From positions 352,001-416,000 of the forward strand of contig JBEKVV010000001.1 in assembly GCA_049513715.1 (NCBI GenBank): 64,000 bases of DNA, in the 5' to 3' direction. Source of the stretch: Candidatus Bathyarchaeia archaeon. GTDB taxonomy: Archaea > Thermoproteota > Bathyarchaeia > 40CM-2-53-6. Below are positions 38,137 through 48,621 of this stretch, piece after piece (the first letter of the stretch is position 1; the number at the start of each line of letters is the position of its first letter). Position numbers and translations under genes: made by a program. The notes below the pieces were generated by a model, which saw only the letters and a program-made list of their open reading frames with translations, had not been told where the DNA came from and did no database searches.

Positions 38137-39018
38137 TTGAGCGCGGACGACCGATTTGACGAAATCAAAAAGCTCCTTGACTCAACCATCAGCGAATTTC
38201 AATCACTCTTCCAATCGGCCGGCGGGTTCGAAGAATCTCGCGTCGGTAACGGCTGGACTCCGGAGAAAATCCTTCCAGATGTCTACTATCTTGAAACTAA
38301 ACCGATCGAAGAACTCACTCGGATCGCTGAAGACCGAAAACGAGCGCTCTTCAAGCATCGAGCCCTGTCGTTTCTTAAACCACAAGAGGGCGAGGTGCAT
38401 CTCTTAGGCGAGCCGCGGCTACGTTTCGTTCCGTTTTGGCGCATCAAAGGCTACCATGAATGCTTCTATTTTAGGGGAAACTCATACAAAATCGACCTCC
38501 CCGACGACGTTGTTGCCGTTGAGGTGGAAGGGAGGATACGGGACCTCATTGAGCGCGAATCAACTGATTCTCAGAAACTTACAAGCTTGACCAGGCGTCT
38601 GCTTGGGCGGCGCGAGTGGCCGGGCGCCAAATCATTCCGCTTGGGTGATGTAACTGAACTCGCCTATCAGTACAACGAAGGATCCATCTTTTCGAATGCT
38701 GAGGGGAAGGAAGACTTGGAGGCAGAGGCTTTCTTTGAGGGCAAGGTTCCGCTCCAGAAAATCATGCCCGAGATGCTTGAATCACATTTTCCCGGCGCTG
38801 AGATGCGGCCAAGTTCAATGTTGAAGGTGGATCTTGTACAAAGGCTACATTCAATAATCGTGAAGCCACCCGCAGCTTTTTCGAAGATCCTAAGCAACAG
38901 GTTCCAGATCACTGAATTGGCGCAATTCCTGATGCCGACGTACACGTTCAGCTTCGAGTGGCATAGGGAACGAAAAGGCCTTGTCATTCACGGCTATACA
39001 GGGAGTATCCTTCAATAG
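38137..39018 (+). CDS. hypothetical protein
   Basis: 293-aa ORF; no motif recognised. Confidence 0.75.
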   Translation: MSADDRFDEIKKLLDSTISEFQSLFQSAGGFEESRVGNGWTPEKILPDVYYLETKPIEELTRIAEDRKRALFKHRALSFLKPQEGEVHLLGEPRLRFVPFWRIKGYHECFYFRGNSYKIDLPDDVVAVEVEGRIRDLIERESTDSQKLTSLTRRLLGRREWPGAKSFRLGDVTELAYQYNEGSIFSNAEGKEDLEAEAFFEGKVPLQKIMPEMLESHFPGAEMRPSSMLKVDLVQRLHSIIVKPPAAFSKILSNRFQITELAQFLMPTYTFSFEWHRERKGLVIHGYTGSILQ

Positions 39019-39025
39019 GGATTCC

Positions 39026-40477
39026 CTAACGAACGGTCCCCTGTTTGAAACGTTGGGAAGCCTTCCGCAAACGGAAATAGACCTTCCGTCCAAATCTTGT
39101 CACCGTCCACCGTCCAAACAGAATTATCGCGACGAGAACTGTGATTGATACCAAGAAGAGATATGGTTGCGCCTTGACCTCATAGCTTTCTGTTGCCGAA
39201 TTCCCGAATGGGTCTGATGCCTGCACCTTCAATGTCCAGGTTCCGACTCGCCAGAGGTCTGAAAGCCCGCTTGCGTACGAGGCGCGCCATGCCCCAAGGT
39301 TCGGGTCGTAGACCGAGATCAGGTCTGAGTTGGAGGTACCAGTCGAAACAAAGACACGTACTGTTCCATTAGTCAATGGAGTTCCGTCAGGGTAGTTTAC
39401 CTTTGAGATTATGCTGACTTGGCCGAAGGGAACTTGAATCTGTGTACCATTGAGTTCACTAGAAATAACCAAAGTGGCGCTCTGCACTTCGAAGTAGCTC
39501 GAATAGGTATCCGCGCCAGCGCCCTTGTTCCCGAAACCATCATCAAATGACATCGCTGGTACGCCAAAACGATATTTCGTGTTGAGCGTAGCATTCTGGG
39601 GGATTCTGCTGTCAGCCTCCCACACTCCGTTTGTGGGGTCTGCCAAGGAGAAGGAGGGGAAGGCTGCAATTGATTGATTCAGTAGCAGCACAACGGGGCG
39701 CAAGTCAGGCTGTGATTTCAGCACTGGTGTTCCATCAGGATACTTGAATGCAAGGGAGATCTTCGCCGTATCAGTGCGCGGGTAGCTCGAAGCTGGTTGG
39801 CTAACTATGCTTAGCGAAAGCACAGCCTGGGTTGCGGTGAACCTCGACAACGAAACGAAGTCCTGCTGTGCGTCGTCATAAATCCCGGTCCCGTCTATGA
39901 AAACCGTGTAGGCGTCTGTTACCGCGTTCTCCGGAATCCGCCATGTGTGGTTGAAGTTGCCAGTTGTTGTCGAGACAAGCGAGGTTTGGTGAACAAAATT
40001 CCCCGCGGGGTCCCGAATAGTTAACCTGAAGCTTATGCCGGGGAAGAGACCGCCACCAAGTACATTGACCGATTCTGTACGTTGGTAAAGTGGTTTCTCA
40101 GTTCCCCAGATGCCATAGTGGGCACGCGCTTGAGAATTGTCGGTAGTGCTGGAGGTAGATACGCTTACAAGGTACGTGCCCAAGGCGGCGGTCGCATTTA
40201 TGGGCAGGCCTGTGCCCGGCGGTATCTGGCCGCTTGAAACCGGCGTGAAGCTTACTCCAGAGTAATGTGTGGCATTGTCTACCGGCCGCTGAAGCCAAAC
40301 AAAGTAGGGCAAGGTGCCTGAGTAACCTGAACCGATCAACGTAACCTGCTTGTCGCGAGGTGTGTGCAGTGGCTGGTCAGCGCTCAAAACCGGCGCAGCA
40401 TGGGCGGGGTATGGGGCTAGGCCACAGACGATTATGAACAATATCAGGGCAAATAGAAAACGCTGAGCACTTCTCAC
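39026..40477 (-). CDS. secreted, C-terminally anchored Ig-repeat surface protein
   Basis: signal peptide (AHA|A), repeated YPDGTP beta domains, C-terminal TM plus basic tail. Confidence 0.8.
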   Translation of the reverse strand: MRSAQRFLFALILFIIVCGLAPYPAHAAPVLSADQPLHTPRDKQVTLIGSGYSGTLPYFVWLQRPVDNATHYSGVSFTPVSSGQIPPGTGLPINATAALGTYLVSVSTSSTTDNSQARAHYGIWGTEKPLYQRTESVNVLGGGLFPGISFRLTIRDPAGNFVHQTSLVSTTTGNFNHTWRIPENAVTDAYTVFIDGTGIYDDAQQDFVSLSRFTATQAVLSLSIVSQPASSYPRTDTAKISLAFKYPDGTPVLKSQPDLRPVVLLLNQSIAAFPSFSLADPTNGVWEADSRIPQNATLNTKYRFGVPAMSFDDGFGNKGAGADTYSSYFEVQSATLVISSELNGTQIQVPFGQVSIISKVNYPDGTPLTNGTVRVFVSTGTSNSDLISVYDPNLGAWRASYASGLSDLWRVGTWTLKVQASDPFGNSATESYEVKAQPYLFLVSITVLVAIILFGRWTVTRFGRKVYFRLRKASQRFKQGTVR

Positions 40478-40515
40478 CTTTTCCTACTCCAAACCATTCA
40501 TTTTCAATGTTCGGT

Positions 40516-40642
40516 TGGCGCCGGGAGAGGGATTCGAACCCCCGAGGCCCATAAGGGCCACGGGCTTGCGTGGCATCGTACACTCAAGGCCCGCGCCTGT
40601 AGATCGAGTCTCCAGACTGCTAATCCGCTCGGCCATCCCGGC
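40516..40642 (-). tRNA. trnS: tRNA-Ser(UGA) with two BHB introns and encoded CCA
   Basis: GCCGGGA/TCCCGGC acceptor, G discriminator, long variable arm; introns 40599-40620 (D-loop) and 40567-40582 (37/38). Confidence 0.92.
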
Positions 40643-40723
40643 GCTACGGTAACCCCTGAAGCCGGTTCTTATTTATGTTCCGAGATGACTTGCCACCAGT
40701 GATAAGTCGAGAAGGCCGCCCCT

Positions 40724-41158
40724 GTGCCAGTTCCAGGTTACCAGTTCCTACCCCACACCACAGACGCGTACATTCAGGCAAGTGGTTCAACTCTGGAAAG
40801 GGCCTTTGAATACGCCGCAGTGGCGCTTGTCGACACAATGTGCAACGTCGAATCCATTTCAGCGAAAGTAACGGAAACTGTGGAGGTTGATGGTGAGGAC
40901 GAAGTGATTCTTCTTAACCGTTGGCTAGAAGCCGTCCTCCTCAAGTTTGAGCTGGAGAGAAAAGTGTTCTCACAATTTACGGTTCAACCCATACAAAGGA
41001 GACCTGCAGGTTTTCACCTGAGTGCGAGGATTTCTGGAGAAATGTATGATGGTAAGAAACATGGTGCGAAAGTTGAGGTTAAGGCGGTGACTTTTCACAA
41101 AATGGAAATCGAACGAGAGGGGCCGGTTACGACTCTTCGTTTCATTGTGGACCTCTAA
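40724..41158 (+). CDS. archease (RtcB cofactor)
   Basis: HTTD, EVKAVTFH, C-terminal VDL. Confidence 0.93.
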   Translation: MPVPGYQFLPHTTDAYIQASGSTLERAFEYAAVALVDTMCNVESISAKVTETVEVDGEDEVILLNRWLEAVLLKFELERKVFSQFTVQPIQRRPAGFHLSARISGEMYDGKKHGAKVEVKAVTFHKMEIEREGPVTTLRFIVDL

Positions 41159-41164
41159 GTGACT

Positions 41165-42220
41165 CTAAGGGGTTCCCTGCATTGCGGCTCTGAATTTCGG
41201 TATCAGCATTAGCTGGGACGGGTCCACTCCTCTGACCGCGGCCAGGTATACCGACACGTAGTCCCCGAAAAGAATCGCGGTAAGCAGCTGGCTCAACTTG
41301 TCCTCCCCCGTTCCCCAAAACTCAACGATCTCAGGAAAGCTAAGCTCATGGAGAAGAGCGGTGAGCCTTTCTCGCGTCCGTCTCTGTCCTTCAACCTCGT
41401 CATTATTTCTCAGGAGGATCGGCTGAACGCTCGTGAGTTGGACCAGACTCTTCAGTCCTTCGATGTCATCGTGGTACGCTTCTGGTACTGTGTAGTAGAA
41501 TGCTGGCATTTTGCTGTTCTCGTTGAGTTCGTTCTTGAAGCGCCGCAACACACTACCGTTCTCCTCGTTCCCTATCAGCAATGGAACCTTGTCCACAAGA
41601 GCTTGAGCCATTTTCTTGGCCGGATTTCGATCCGCTGGGACAGTTGGCTTGATTTCTAGGAATTCCTTCTTGAGGGCCTGTGCTCCCTTAGAGAGGAGCG
41701 CGCCATAATCTTCGACGATTCCGGCCGCTCCCATGACATAAACCGCGGCGGCCAATAGCTCGGGCAGTGCCACTCTCGGAAGCAGCCCAGCCGGAACCTT
41801 CAGGTGCGGCAAGCCATCTTCCTCTGCTTCAGCTAGAAGCTTGCCGCCTGAGCTTATCACCGCACACGCCGCTCCCCGATGCTTAGCTTCGTCCAGCAAG
41901 CCCAAAGTTTCTTGAGTTTCCCCGGAGTAGCTGATGGCTACGAACAACGTTCGTTTCCCCACGAAATTCGGAAGTTTGATTGCCCTGCAAATTGAAACAG
42001 GAACCTGGACTGTGTCTCTTGAAAAGTCAGTTAGTATGTCACCGGCGATTCCGGATCCTCCTACGCCTCCGAAGACCACGTTGCGCGGGGGTTCGAGTTT
42101 CATAGGAAATGTAGAAGCCGCGTCAGGCGGGATGGAGAATCGTTCCGCTGTCCTCTCCATGATCGCAAGCATACCTGAGCGGTCAATGGTCCGCAGGGCC
42201 CCAGCGTCATCAAGTATCAT
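41165..42220 (-). CDS. bifunctional phosphoglucose/phosphomannose isomerase
   Basis: GVGGSG, SYSGETQET, ENSK; start placed at MILDD (42220). Confidence 0.9.
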   Translation of the reverse strand: MILDDAGALRTIDRSGMLAIMERTAERFSIPPDAASTFPMKLEPPRNVVFGGVGGSGIAGDILTDFSRDTVQVPVSICRAIKLPNFVGKRTLFVAISYSGETQETLGLLDEAKHRGAACAVISSGGKLLAEAEEDGLPHLKVPAGLLPRVALPELLAAAVYVMGAAGIVEDYGALLSKGAQALKKEFLEIKPTVPADRNPAKKMAQALVDKVPLLIGNEENGSVLRRFKNELNENSKMPAFYYTVPEAYHDDIEGLKSLVQLTSVQPILLRNNDEVEGQRRTRERLTALLHELSFPEIVEFWGTGEDKLSQLLTAILFGDYVSVYLAAVRGVDPSQLMLIPKFRAAMQGTP

Positions 42221-42297
42221 GGTAACAAGAGAATGCGGATTAGCGCAATAAGATTCATCTTCCGGCCTGTAATTGGACGATTTGTGGCTCTGACACT

Positions 42298-43161
42298 TTG
42301 ATCCCAAGGACGGCTGGGCTGAGGGTTGCGGTTCCCGCCTCCCTCGTCTCAGATACGCCGCATTTGAGAGAGAAGACTGCAAAGCTGGGAGCCATCGCAC
42401 GAACCTGCGCCATTTTCGGTGTCTCAGAAATAATACTGTACCCAGATGATCCCCAGCGCAATCAAAGACAAGAATTGGATTTCTGTCAGCGAATATTGGA
42501 TTTCGTTGAAACCCCGCAATACTTACGGAAGAGGCTGTTCGGATTGCATCCCTCACTCAAGTTCACTGGCATATTGCCTCCCCTTCAATCGTCAAACCAC
42601 AACGTGACATCAGACATTGGGAAATGCAACGTTGGGGACCTGAGAGACGGAGTCGTGGTGGGCGAGCGCAAGAGCGGGCTTGAAGTGGATGTTGGGCTCG
42701 GGCGCACGCTCAACTGCTCCGGAACGCTTCCCATCGGCTCCAGAGCAACAGTCCGAATCACCAACCTTGGGAAAACACTCATCGGAGAAATTGTGCCAGA
42801 ATCTGAGAAACCCAACAATTGGGGCTATAGAGTCAAGGGCTCTCGACTAGGCTTGGGGCGGCTGGTCAAGGAAAGCCAGGTTGACCTCAGGATTGGTACA
42901 TCGCGGTACGGGGTGTCGATTACAGACCTCTGGACCAGCCTCGCACATTCGCTGAGTACTGCGAGTTCTGTCATCGTGGCGTTCGGGTCTCCAAAGAGGG
43001 GGCTCCTAGACATTCTGAAGGATGAAGGTACAACACCGAAGGACGTTTTCGACTACTTCATCAATACCGTCCCAGGCCAGAATGTTAACACCCTCCGCAC
43101 CGAGGAAGCGATGCTGGCCTCCCTGAGTTTGCTCAACCTCGCCAGACATCATCCAGGCTGA
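42298..43161 (+). CDS. SPOUT RNA methyltransferase (DUF171 family)
   Basis: IARTCAIF, ETPQYLRK, FGSP, QNVNTLRTEEA. Confidence 0.9.
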   Translation: MIPRTAGLRVAVPASLVSDTPHLREKTAKLGAIARTCAIFGVSEIILYPDDPQRNQRQELDFCQRILDFVETPQYLRKRLFGLHPSLKFTGILPPLQSSNHNVTSDIGKCNVGDLRDGVVVGERKSGLEVDVGLGRTLNCSGTLPIGSRATVRITNLGKTLIGEIVPESEKPNNWGYRVKGSRLGLGRLVKESQVDLRIGTSRYGVSITDLWTSLAHSLSTASSVIVAFGSPKRGLLDILKDEGTTPKDVFDYFINTVPGQNVNTLRTEEAMLASLSLLNLARHHPG

Positions 43162-43308
43162 ACGGCAACTGACACAGACCCGGCAGGCATTCGATAGTGC
43201 CTGGATTTCAACCAGAAACCGGCTCAGCTCGCTAAGCATATATTAGGGGCGTCGAGTTAGATGCCGAAAATTCAGAGAACGATCACTGTCTCAAGACTGG
43301 TGTGAAGA

Positions 43309-44103
43309 TTGGTTAAGACCGTTGAAGTCTACGACGCTGAAGGAAAAGCTGTTGGCAAAGTCGCTGTTCCCCCGTTCTTCGAGACACCAGTTCGGCCTGA
43401 TCTAATCAAGCGGGCAGTTTTGGCCATTCAAAGCCACATGTTCCAGCCGCAGGGCCGTGATCCAATGGCGGGCAAACGAACAACTGCTCAATCAATAGGC
43501 GTGGGTCATGGCATGTCCCGTATTCCGAGGGTCAAGGGTGAGAGGTATCCTCGTGGTAACATGGCTGGTTTCGCGGGGGGCACCGTGAAGGGAAGGCAAA
43601 CTTGGCCACCTGTCTCGAGTAAGGACCCGCGCAAGAAGATTAACCGCAAAGAACTGAAACGGGCGCTGATTTCGGCACTGGCCGCAACTTCATCTAAGGA
43701 ACTTGTCAAAGCCCGTGGTCACCGGTTAAGTGGGGATCGTGAATTGCCGTTAGTGGTTGCTGACGACCTTGAACGGATCACAACAAGTTCTGACGCGGAG
43801 AAGCTACTAAGGAACTTAGGAGTCTGGGAAGACGTGGAGCGCGCCGGCGATAGAAAGGTACGTGCAGGAAGGGGTAGTGTTCGAGGCCGCACATACAAGC
43901 ATCGTGTTAGCGCGCTGTTCGTGGTTCAGAAGAAGCAGGGTGCTGAGAGAGCGTTCAGAAACTTCTCCGGCATCAATGTTGCCGATGTCGCCAGCCTAAA
44001 TGTGAATGATTTGGCGCCGGGCACGCATCCGGGGCGCTTGACCATATGGAGCGAGTCAGCCCTCAAAGGAATTAGTGGTCGCCTAGAGGGTAGTGCAGCA
44101 TGA
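43309..44103 (+). CDS. rpl4: 50S ribosomal protein uL4
   Basis: QPQGRDPMAG, LAPGTHPGRLTIW. Confidence 0.97.
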   Translation: MVKTVEVYDAEGKAVGKVAVPPFFETPVRPDLIKRAVLAIQSHMFQPQGRDPMAGKRTTAQSIGVGHGMSRIPRVKGERYPRGNMAGFAGGTVKGRQTWPPVSSKDPRKKINRKELKRALISALAATSSKELVKARGHRLSGDRELPLVVADDLERITTSSDAEKLLRNLGVWEDVERAGDRKVRAGRGSVRGRTYKHRVSALFVVQKKQGAERAFRNFSGINVADVASLNVNDLAPGTHPGRLTIWSESALKGISGRLEGSAA

Positions 44104-44369
44104 CCAAACTCACCCCGATGGAAGTAGTGAAGTATCCGTTGCTTTCAGAAGACGCCGTCACTCTACTAGAAACGGAGAACAAGATCACATTCATCGTCGA
44201 TCTTCGGTCAGATAAGCACGATATCAAACGTGCGATTCAGGAGCTTTACGAGGTCAGGGTGGAGGCGGTAAGAACTCTGATAACCGCCGAAGGCGACAAG
44301 AAAGCCTTCGTTAAACTCACACCCGACTTCAAAGCCTCAGACCTTGCTGTAAGACTCGGTCTCCTGTAA
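44100..44369 (+). CDS. rpl23: 50S ribosomal protein uL23
   Basis: ENKITFIV, KKAFVKL. Confidence 0.96.
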   Translation: MTKLTPMEVVKYPLLSEDAVTLLETENKITFIVDLRSDKHDIKRAIQELYEVRVEAVRTLITAEGDKKAFVKLTPDFKASDLAVRLGLL

Positions 44370-44445
44370 GCCCGAGGCCTGCAGGCGGATGGAATCGGCA
44401 ACATTAATTATAGCAAGACCAAACCAAAGCTTCGAGTGTTAGCCC

Positions 44446-44847
44446 ATGCCTCGCGTATTCTCATACAGGGGACACACGATGGAAGAACTGCAACAGATGT
44501 CCATGGACGAGTTCATCAAGATCCTCCCGGCGAGGCAGAGAAGGTCATTGACCAGGGGCCTGACGACAGATGAAAGAGTCTTGATGGAGCTTATCCGGAA
44601 CTCCCGTCGTAGTAAGTTGAAAGACGCGAAACCCATCAAGACCCACTGCAGAGACATGGTCATCATACCGGAAATGGTTGGCCTATCGCTGATGATTCAC
44701 AGCGGCAAAGAGTTTACATCGGTTGATATCCAACCAGCAATGGTCGGCCACTACCTCGGAGAATTCGTTATCACCAACAAGAAGGTACTTCACGGAACAC
44801 CTGGTATCGGTGCGTCTAGAAGCTCAATGTACGTTCCCTTGAAGTAG
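44446..44847 (+). CDS. rps19: 30S ribosomal protein uS19
   Basis: KTHCRDM, GHYLGEF, GASRSSMYVPLK. Confidence 0.97.
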   Translation: MPRVFSYRGHTMEELQQMSMDEFIKILPARQRRSLTRGLTTDERVLMELIRNSRRSKLKDAKPIKTHCRDMVIIPEMVGLSLMIHSGKEFTSVDIQPAMVGHYLGEFVITNKKVLHGTPGIGASRSSMYVPLK

Positions 44848-44855
44848 GTTCGCTG

Positions 44856-45116
44856 CTACTTCTCGCGGCGCCGGGCCATTACGTATAATGGCGCAGCCAC
44901 GACTATCCCGACTAGTAATGCGAGAACAATTGCGTCTAGGTCGGTTGAACTCGCTGGCCTTGGAGGGGGCTGATTGCCATTTTGTCTCAGCATTTGGAGC
45001 TGAGGTTGAGTCCTAGACGGTGCCGTGAGCTGGGCTACGGGTACCATGCCCGCCCCCAATCCTACAATGGCACCCAGTAGAACCGCTAACCATACCTTAT
45101 TCATAATCAGTGCCAA
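44856..45116 (-). CDS. small two-helix membrane protein
   Basis: N- and C-terminal hydrophobic helices. Confidence 0.65.
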   Translation of the reverse strand: MALIMNKVWLAVLLGAIVGLGAGMVPVAQLTAPSRTQPQLQMLRQNGNQPPPRPASSTDLDAIVLALLVGIVVAAPLYVMARRREK

Positions 45117-45171
45117 CGAGCATCACTCTTTCAGATGTGTTAAGTCTACATTTTGGAACGCACAAGCCGAC

Positions 45172-45624
45172 TCACACAACTCGTTCTTTCCACATTCTCA
45201 CACACTCGTACCAAGATACGGCAGCACCGAGGGTTCCGAATATCACTCCAGCTGGCTCCAGGCGGCCAGCCTCAAGAACCCCTTGCGCGGCGTACACGAC
45301 GACGGCAGTTGTGAAGAGGGCCGCATAGAAGAGGTAACGTGGAAGCATAAGGTGACCTATCTTGAAGAACATCTTCAATGTGCCCACCTGCACCTGTTCC
45401 TTCAAGAGATATTGCCCAAGCGTGTCTTTGTCGGTGACGCCGAGTTCTCGCAGTTTCTCGAGGTGGTAGAGTGCGGTGCTGGGACTGGACATTGAAAGTG
45501 CCCGCTGGGTTTCACGTACCCCAACGGGTCTCGCGGCTTTGAGAATGAACCAGTAAACCCTCAGCGTCGTTCCATGAATCTGACTTTCTCTCGTCGGCCC
45601 TGCGCCAGGTTCCAATTCAATCAA
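45172..45624 (-). CDS. membrane-anchored winged-helix regulator
   Basis: GVRETQRALSMSSPSTALYHLEKL followed by two TM helices. Confidence 0.85.
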   Translation of the reverse strand: MIELEPGAGPTRESQIHGTTLRVYWFILKAARPVGVRETQRALSMSSPSTALYHLEKLRELGVTDKDTLGQYLLKEQVQVGTLKMFFKIGHLMLPRYLFYAALFTTAVVVYAAQGVLEAGRLEPAGVIFGTLGAAVSWYECVRMWKERVV

Positions 45625-45738
45625 AATCAGGAAAATGACAGATGGCTAAATAGAACTTGCTCGAGCAGGTGACTTTGCGGGCTAAACAACGTTTTTTAGG
45701 GTTACCGCGCAGATGCACGGCCCTACGGTGGAAAAGCA

Positions 45739-46206
45739 ATGCCTGTTTGGGGATACTCAGTCCGGGAATACGACCCAGACCGGGCTGTGAAGTGTTCTGG
45801 TAGAGAGTTGAAGATCTCCCCAAAGTCGGCTACTGAAATATGCCGTAAGCTCAGAGGGATGCGACTGGATTCGGCCAAGGAACTTTTGGAAGCGGTTGCA
45901 AAGAAGAAGCGAGCGATCGCCTTCAGGCGGTACAAGAAGAAGGTCGGACACAAAAGCCTCGACGAGGGTTGGTACGCAGGCCGATACCCAGTCAAAGCGG
46001 CCAAACACTTCCTGTTTCTTCTAGAAGAGCTGGAGGCTAATGCCGAGTACAAGGGTTTGGATGTTGATCGCCTGAGAATTGTTCATGCTGCTATGCAAAG
46101 AGGGATGAAGACGCAGCGTATTGTTTCAAGAGCCTTCGGAAAAGCGACCCCGGCTCATAATACGCTCGTCCACGTAGAGCTCATGGGTTACGAGGTCGCA
46201 GATTAA
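45739..46206 (+). CDS. rpl22: 50S ribosomal protein uL22
   Basis: GRYPVKAA, NAEYKGLD, RAFG. Confidence 0.97.
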   Translation: MPVWGYSVREYDPDRAVKCSGRELKISPKSATEICRKLRGMRLDSAKELLEAVAKKKRAIAFRRYKKKVGHKSLDEGWYAGRYPVKAAKHFLFLLEELEANAEYKGLDVDRLRIVHAAMQRGMKTQRIVSRAFGKATPAHNTLVHVELMGYEVAD

Positions 46207-46207
46207 G

Positions 46208-46903
46208 TTGCCAATCCACAAATACTTCGTTAAGGAAAACGCCCGTAAGGCTGAGATCGACGAATACCTCTCCATCGAGCTCAAGCGCGCTGGATACAGC
46301 AAAGTTGAGATGACGAAGACACCGCTCGGAACGCGCGTCGTCATATACGCGGCCAAGCCTGGACTTGTCATTGGCCGACGCGGGCAAAGCATCCGGGACC
46401 TGACGAAGATCTTGGAAGAACAGTTTGTAGTCGAGAACCCTCAGATTTCTGTTGCCACGATCGAAGTTCCTGAGCTGGACCCGAAGGTTGTTGCTTCACA
46501 GATCGCTATGGCCCTCCAGAGAGGGATTCATTTCAGGCGCGCGGCTTACTGGGCGCTTCAACGGACAGTAGAAGCTGGCGCCTTGGGCGTAGAGATCGTG
46601 ATTCGAGGAAAACTTACAACCGACCGGGCAAGGTACGAGAAGTACAAGGCCGGATACCTTCCAGCGGTGGGAGAGTGTATTGAGAAGATAGTGCGGACTG
46701 CCGTTGTGGACACTCAGCTGAAGCAAGGGCTCTTCGGAATCAGCGTCAAACTGCTGCCCCCAAACGTCAAATTACCGGACAGACCCGTCATCAGAGAATT
46801 GAGCGAAGTGCCCGCAATACCAAAACCGGTCATCGAGGAAATCGTTGCTGAAACAGGCGTAGTTCAGGAGGTTGCTGAAGTTGCCGATATTAAGAAAGCG
46901 TGA
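46208..46903 (+). CDS. rps3: 30S ribosomal protein uS3
   Basis: KTPLGTRV…PGLVIGRRG KH domain. Confidence 0.97.
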   Translation: MPIHKYFVKENARKAEIDEYLSIELKRAGYSKVEMTKTPLGTRVVIYAAKPGLVIGRRGQSIRDLTKILEEQFVVENPQISVATIEVPELDPKVVASQIAMALQRGIHFRRAAYWALQRTVEAGALGVEIVIRGKLTTDRARYEKYKAGYLPAVGECIEKIVRTAVVDTQLKQGLFGISVKLLPPNVKLPDRPVIRELSEVPAIPKPVIEEIVAETGVVQEVAEVADIKKA

Positions 46904-47099
46904 GATTAGACAACAACTACCCGAAGAAAGGGACAAGAAGGTAGCTGAGATGCGAACCGAGCTGAGAAAGCTCAGGACGAATGTGAAAGCTGGGGGTAAT
47001 GTTGAAAATGTCGGCCGAATCCGCGAACTCAGGAGAACAATCGCTCGCATAAACACAATAATGCATGAGAAACCCCGGGCCGAGGTAGCCAAAGCTTGA
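46872..47099 (+). CDS. rpl29: 50S ribosomal protein uL29
   Basis: RELRRTIARINT; start likely 46881. Confidence 0.93.
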   Translation: MLKLPILRKREIRQQLPEERDKKVAEMRTELRKLRTNVKAGGNVENVGRIRELRRTIARINTIMHEKPRAEVAKA

Positions 47100-47380
47100 T
47101 CGCTATTACGCCACACAACATACTCAGGCACGAGCTGATTGGCCTGAACGTTATTGTTGCTGGTTCAAAAGATCCATTCATGAAGGGTGTACGCGGCACG
47201 GTCGTTGATGAAACCAAAAACATGCTCACGATAGCCAGCGGAGACAAACAGATGATGGTCCCGAAGGGCATCTCCACTTTCAGGTTCAGGCTTCCAGACA
47301 GGACGATCGTGGAGGTAGACGGCGCACGTCTTGTGGCGCGTCCCGAAAACAGGTTGAAAATCAGAGTGAAGCGTTGGTAA
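47096..47380 (+). CDS. rnp1: RNase P protein subunit p29
   Basis: HELIGL, G.VVDETKN, RPENR. Confidence 0.93.
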   Translation: MIAITPHNILRHELIGLNVIVAGSKDPFMKGVRGTVVDETKNMLTIASGDKQMMVPKGISTFRFRLPDRTIVEVDGARLVARPENRLKIRVKRW

Positions 47381-47381
47381 C

Positions 47382-47711
47382 ATGTCAGACCTAGGATTAG
47401 GAGCAAAGGCGCCTAAGAAGTCGTGCGACGACCGCAACTGCCCCTTCCACGGAAGGTTGTCAGTGCGAAGGAAGTTCCTCGACGGAAAGGTCGTAAGCGC
47501 CAAAATGACGAAGACTGTTACGGTTGAACGAGACTACCTGCATTATGTCAGAAAGTACACTCGATACGAAAAGAGACGCAGCAGAATCATGGCACACAGC
47601 CCACCCTGCTTGGAAGTGCGCGAAGGAGATCGGGTCAAAGTCGCAGAATGCAGGCCAATAAGCAAAGAAGTCGCGTTCGTAGTGGTCGAAAAATTATCCG
47701 GGCAGACCTAG
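47382..47711 (+). CDS. rps17: 30S ribosomal protein uS17
   Basis: [13 protein letters not shown]. Confidence 0.97.
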   Translation: MSDLGLGAKAPKKSCDDRNCPFHGRLSVRRKFLDGKVVSAKMTKTVTVERDYLHYVRKYTRYEKRRSRIMAHSPPCLEVREGDRVKVAECRPISKEVAFVVVEKLSGQT

Positions 47712-47783
47712 ACAGCCGATTAGTGCGCCCAGCAACCTTAATTTATTGCCGCCCCATTCAGCAGCGCCTTACGTGAGAGTAAA

Positions 47784-48221
47784 ATGCCAGCCCCGAAAAG
47801 TCGTGCGGTCAGCGCCAAAGGAATGATAGAATACAGGCCGCGCATTGCACGCGGACTTCCGAATGGAAGCCGTATTAAATGTGCAGACAATACTGGGGCC
47901 AAGGAACTGAAGGTTATACAGGTATTCGGTTACCACTCCAGGCTAAGGCGTGTCCCATCCGCCTGCGTAGGCGACATGATAATGATTTCGGTTTCTAAGG
48001 GAACTCCGGAACTGCGCCGCCAGATGTTCCCCGCTGTGGTGGTTCGCCAGGTTAGACTGTTCAGGCGTCCGGACGGGACACGTCTGTCGTTTCACGACAA
48101 CGCGGCAGTCATAATGACGCCTGAGGGTGAGCTGAAGGGCACCGAGATTCGCGGCCCCGTGGCCAAAGAGGCTGCTGAACGCTGGCCGAGGGTCGCAAAC
48201 TTAGCGAGCATAATTATTTGA
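47784..48221 (+). CDS. rpl14: 50S ribosomal protein uL14
   Basis: [19 protein letters not shown]. Confidence 0.97.
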   Translation: MPAPKSRAVSAKGMIEYRPRIARGLPNGSRIKCADNTGAKELKVIQVFGYHSRLRRVPSACVGDMIMISVSKGTPELRRQMFPAVVVRQVRLFRRPDGTRLSFHDNAAVIMTPEGELKGTEIRGPVAKEAAERWPRVANLASIII

Positions 48222-48619
48222 AGTGGAAATTGATGTCCCTAAACCCGAGCAAGCCCTCGAAGCAACGGAAACTCTTCTACCAGGCCCCGGCGCATAAAGT
48301 GCATAGGCTCATGAGTGCGCCTCTCTCTGAAGCCCTGAGTACAAGTCAAGGAAGACGCGCATACCCAGTCCGAAAAGGCGATACTGTGAAAATTGTGCGC
48401 GGAGACTTTGCTGGCATCGAGGGCAAGGTAACTGAAGTGGATACTGGTAGTCGGCGCCTATTCGTCGAGGGCGTTCAGAGGGAAAAGGTCGCTGGCACTT
48501 CGACCAACGTATCAGTCCACTCATCGAAGGTCATGATAACAAAACTGAACTTGGAAGACAAGTGGCGCGCTGAGTCAATAAGACTCGCCGGCAGTAAGCG
48601 CGAGGCCAAGGAGGCATAA
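48218..48619 (+). CDS. rpl24: 50S ribosomal protein uL24
   Basis: [13 protein letters not shown] motif; start likely 48233. Confidence 0.96.
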   Translation: MKWKLMSLNPSKPSKQRKLFYQAPAHKVHRLMSAPLSEALSTSQGRRAYPVRKGDTVKIVRGDFAGIEGKVTEVDTGSRRLFVEGVQREKVAGTSTNVSVHSSKVMITKLNLEDKWRAESIRLAGSKREAKEA

Positions 48620-48621
48620 GG

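Noticed and set aside
42221..42556. N-terminal 112-aa extension of PGI/PMI in the ORF track
   Set aside because: It overlaps the opposite-strand SPOUT gene; homology-like sequence starts at MILDD.
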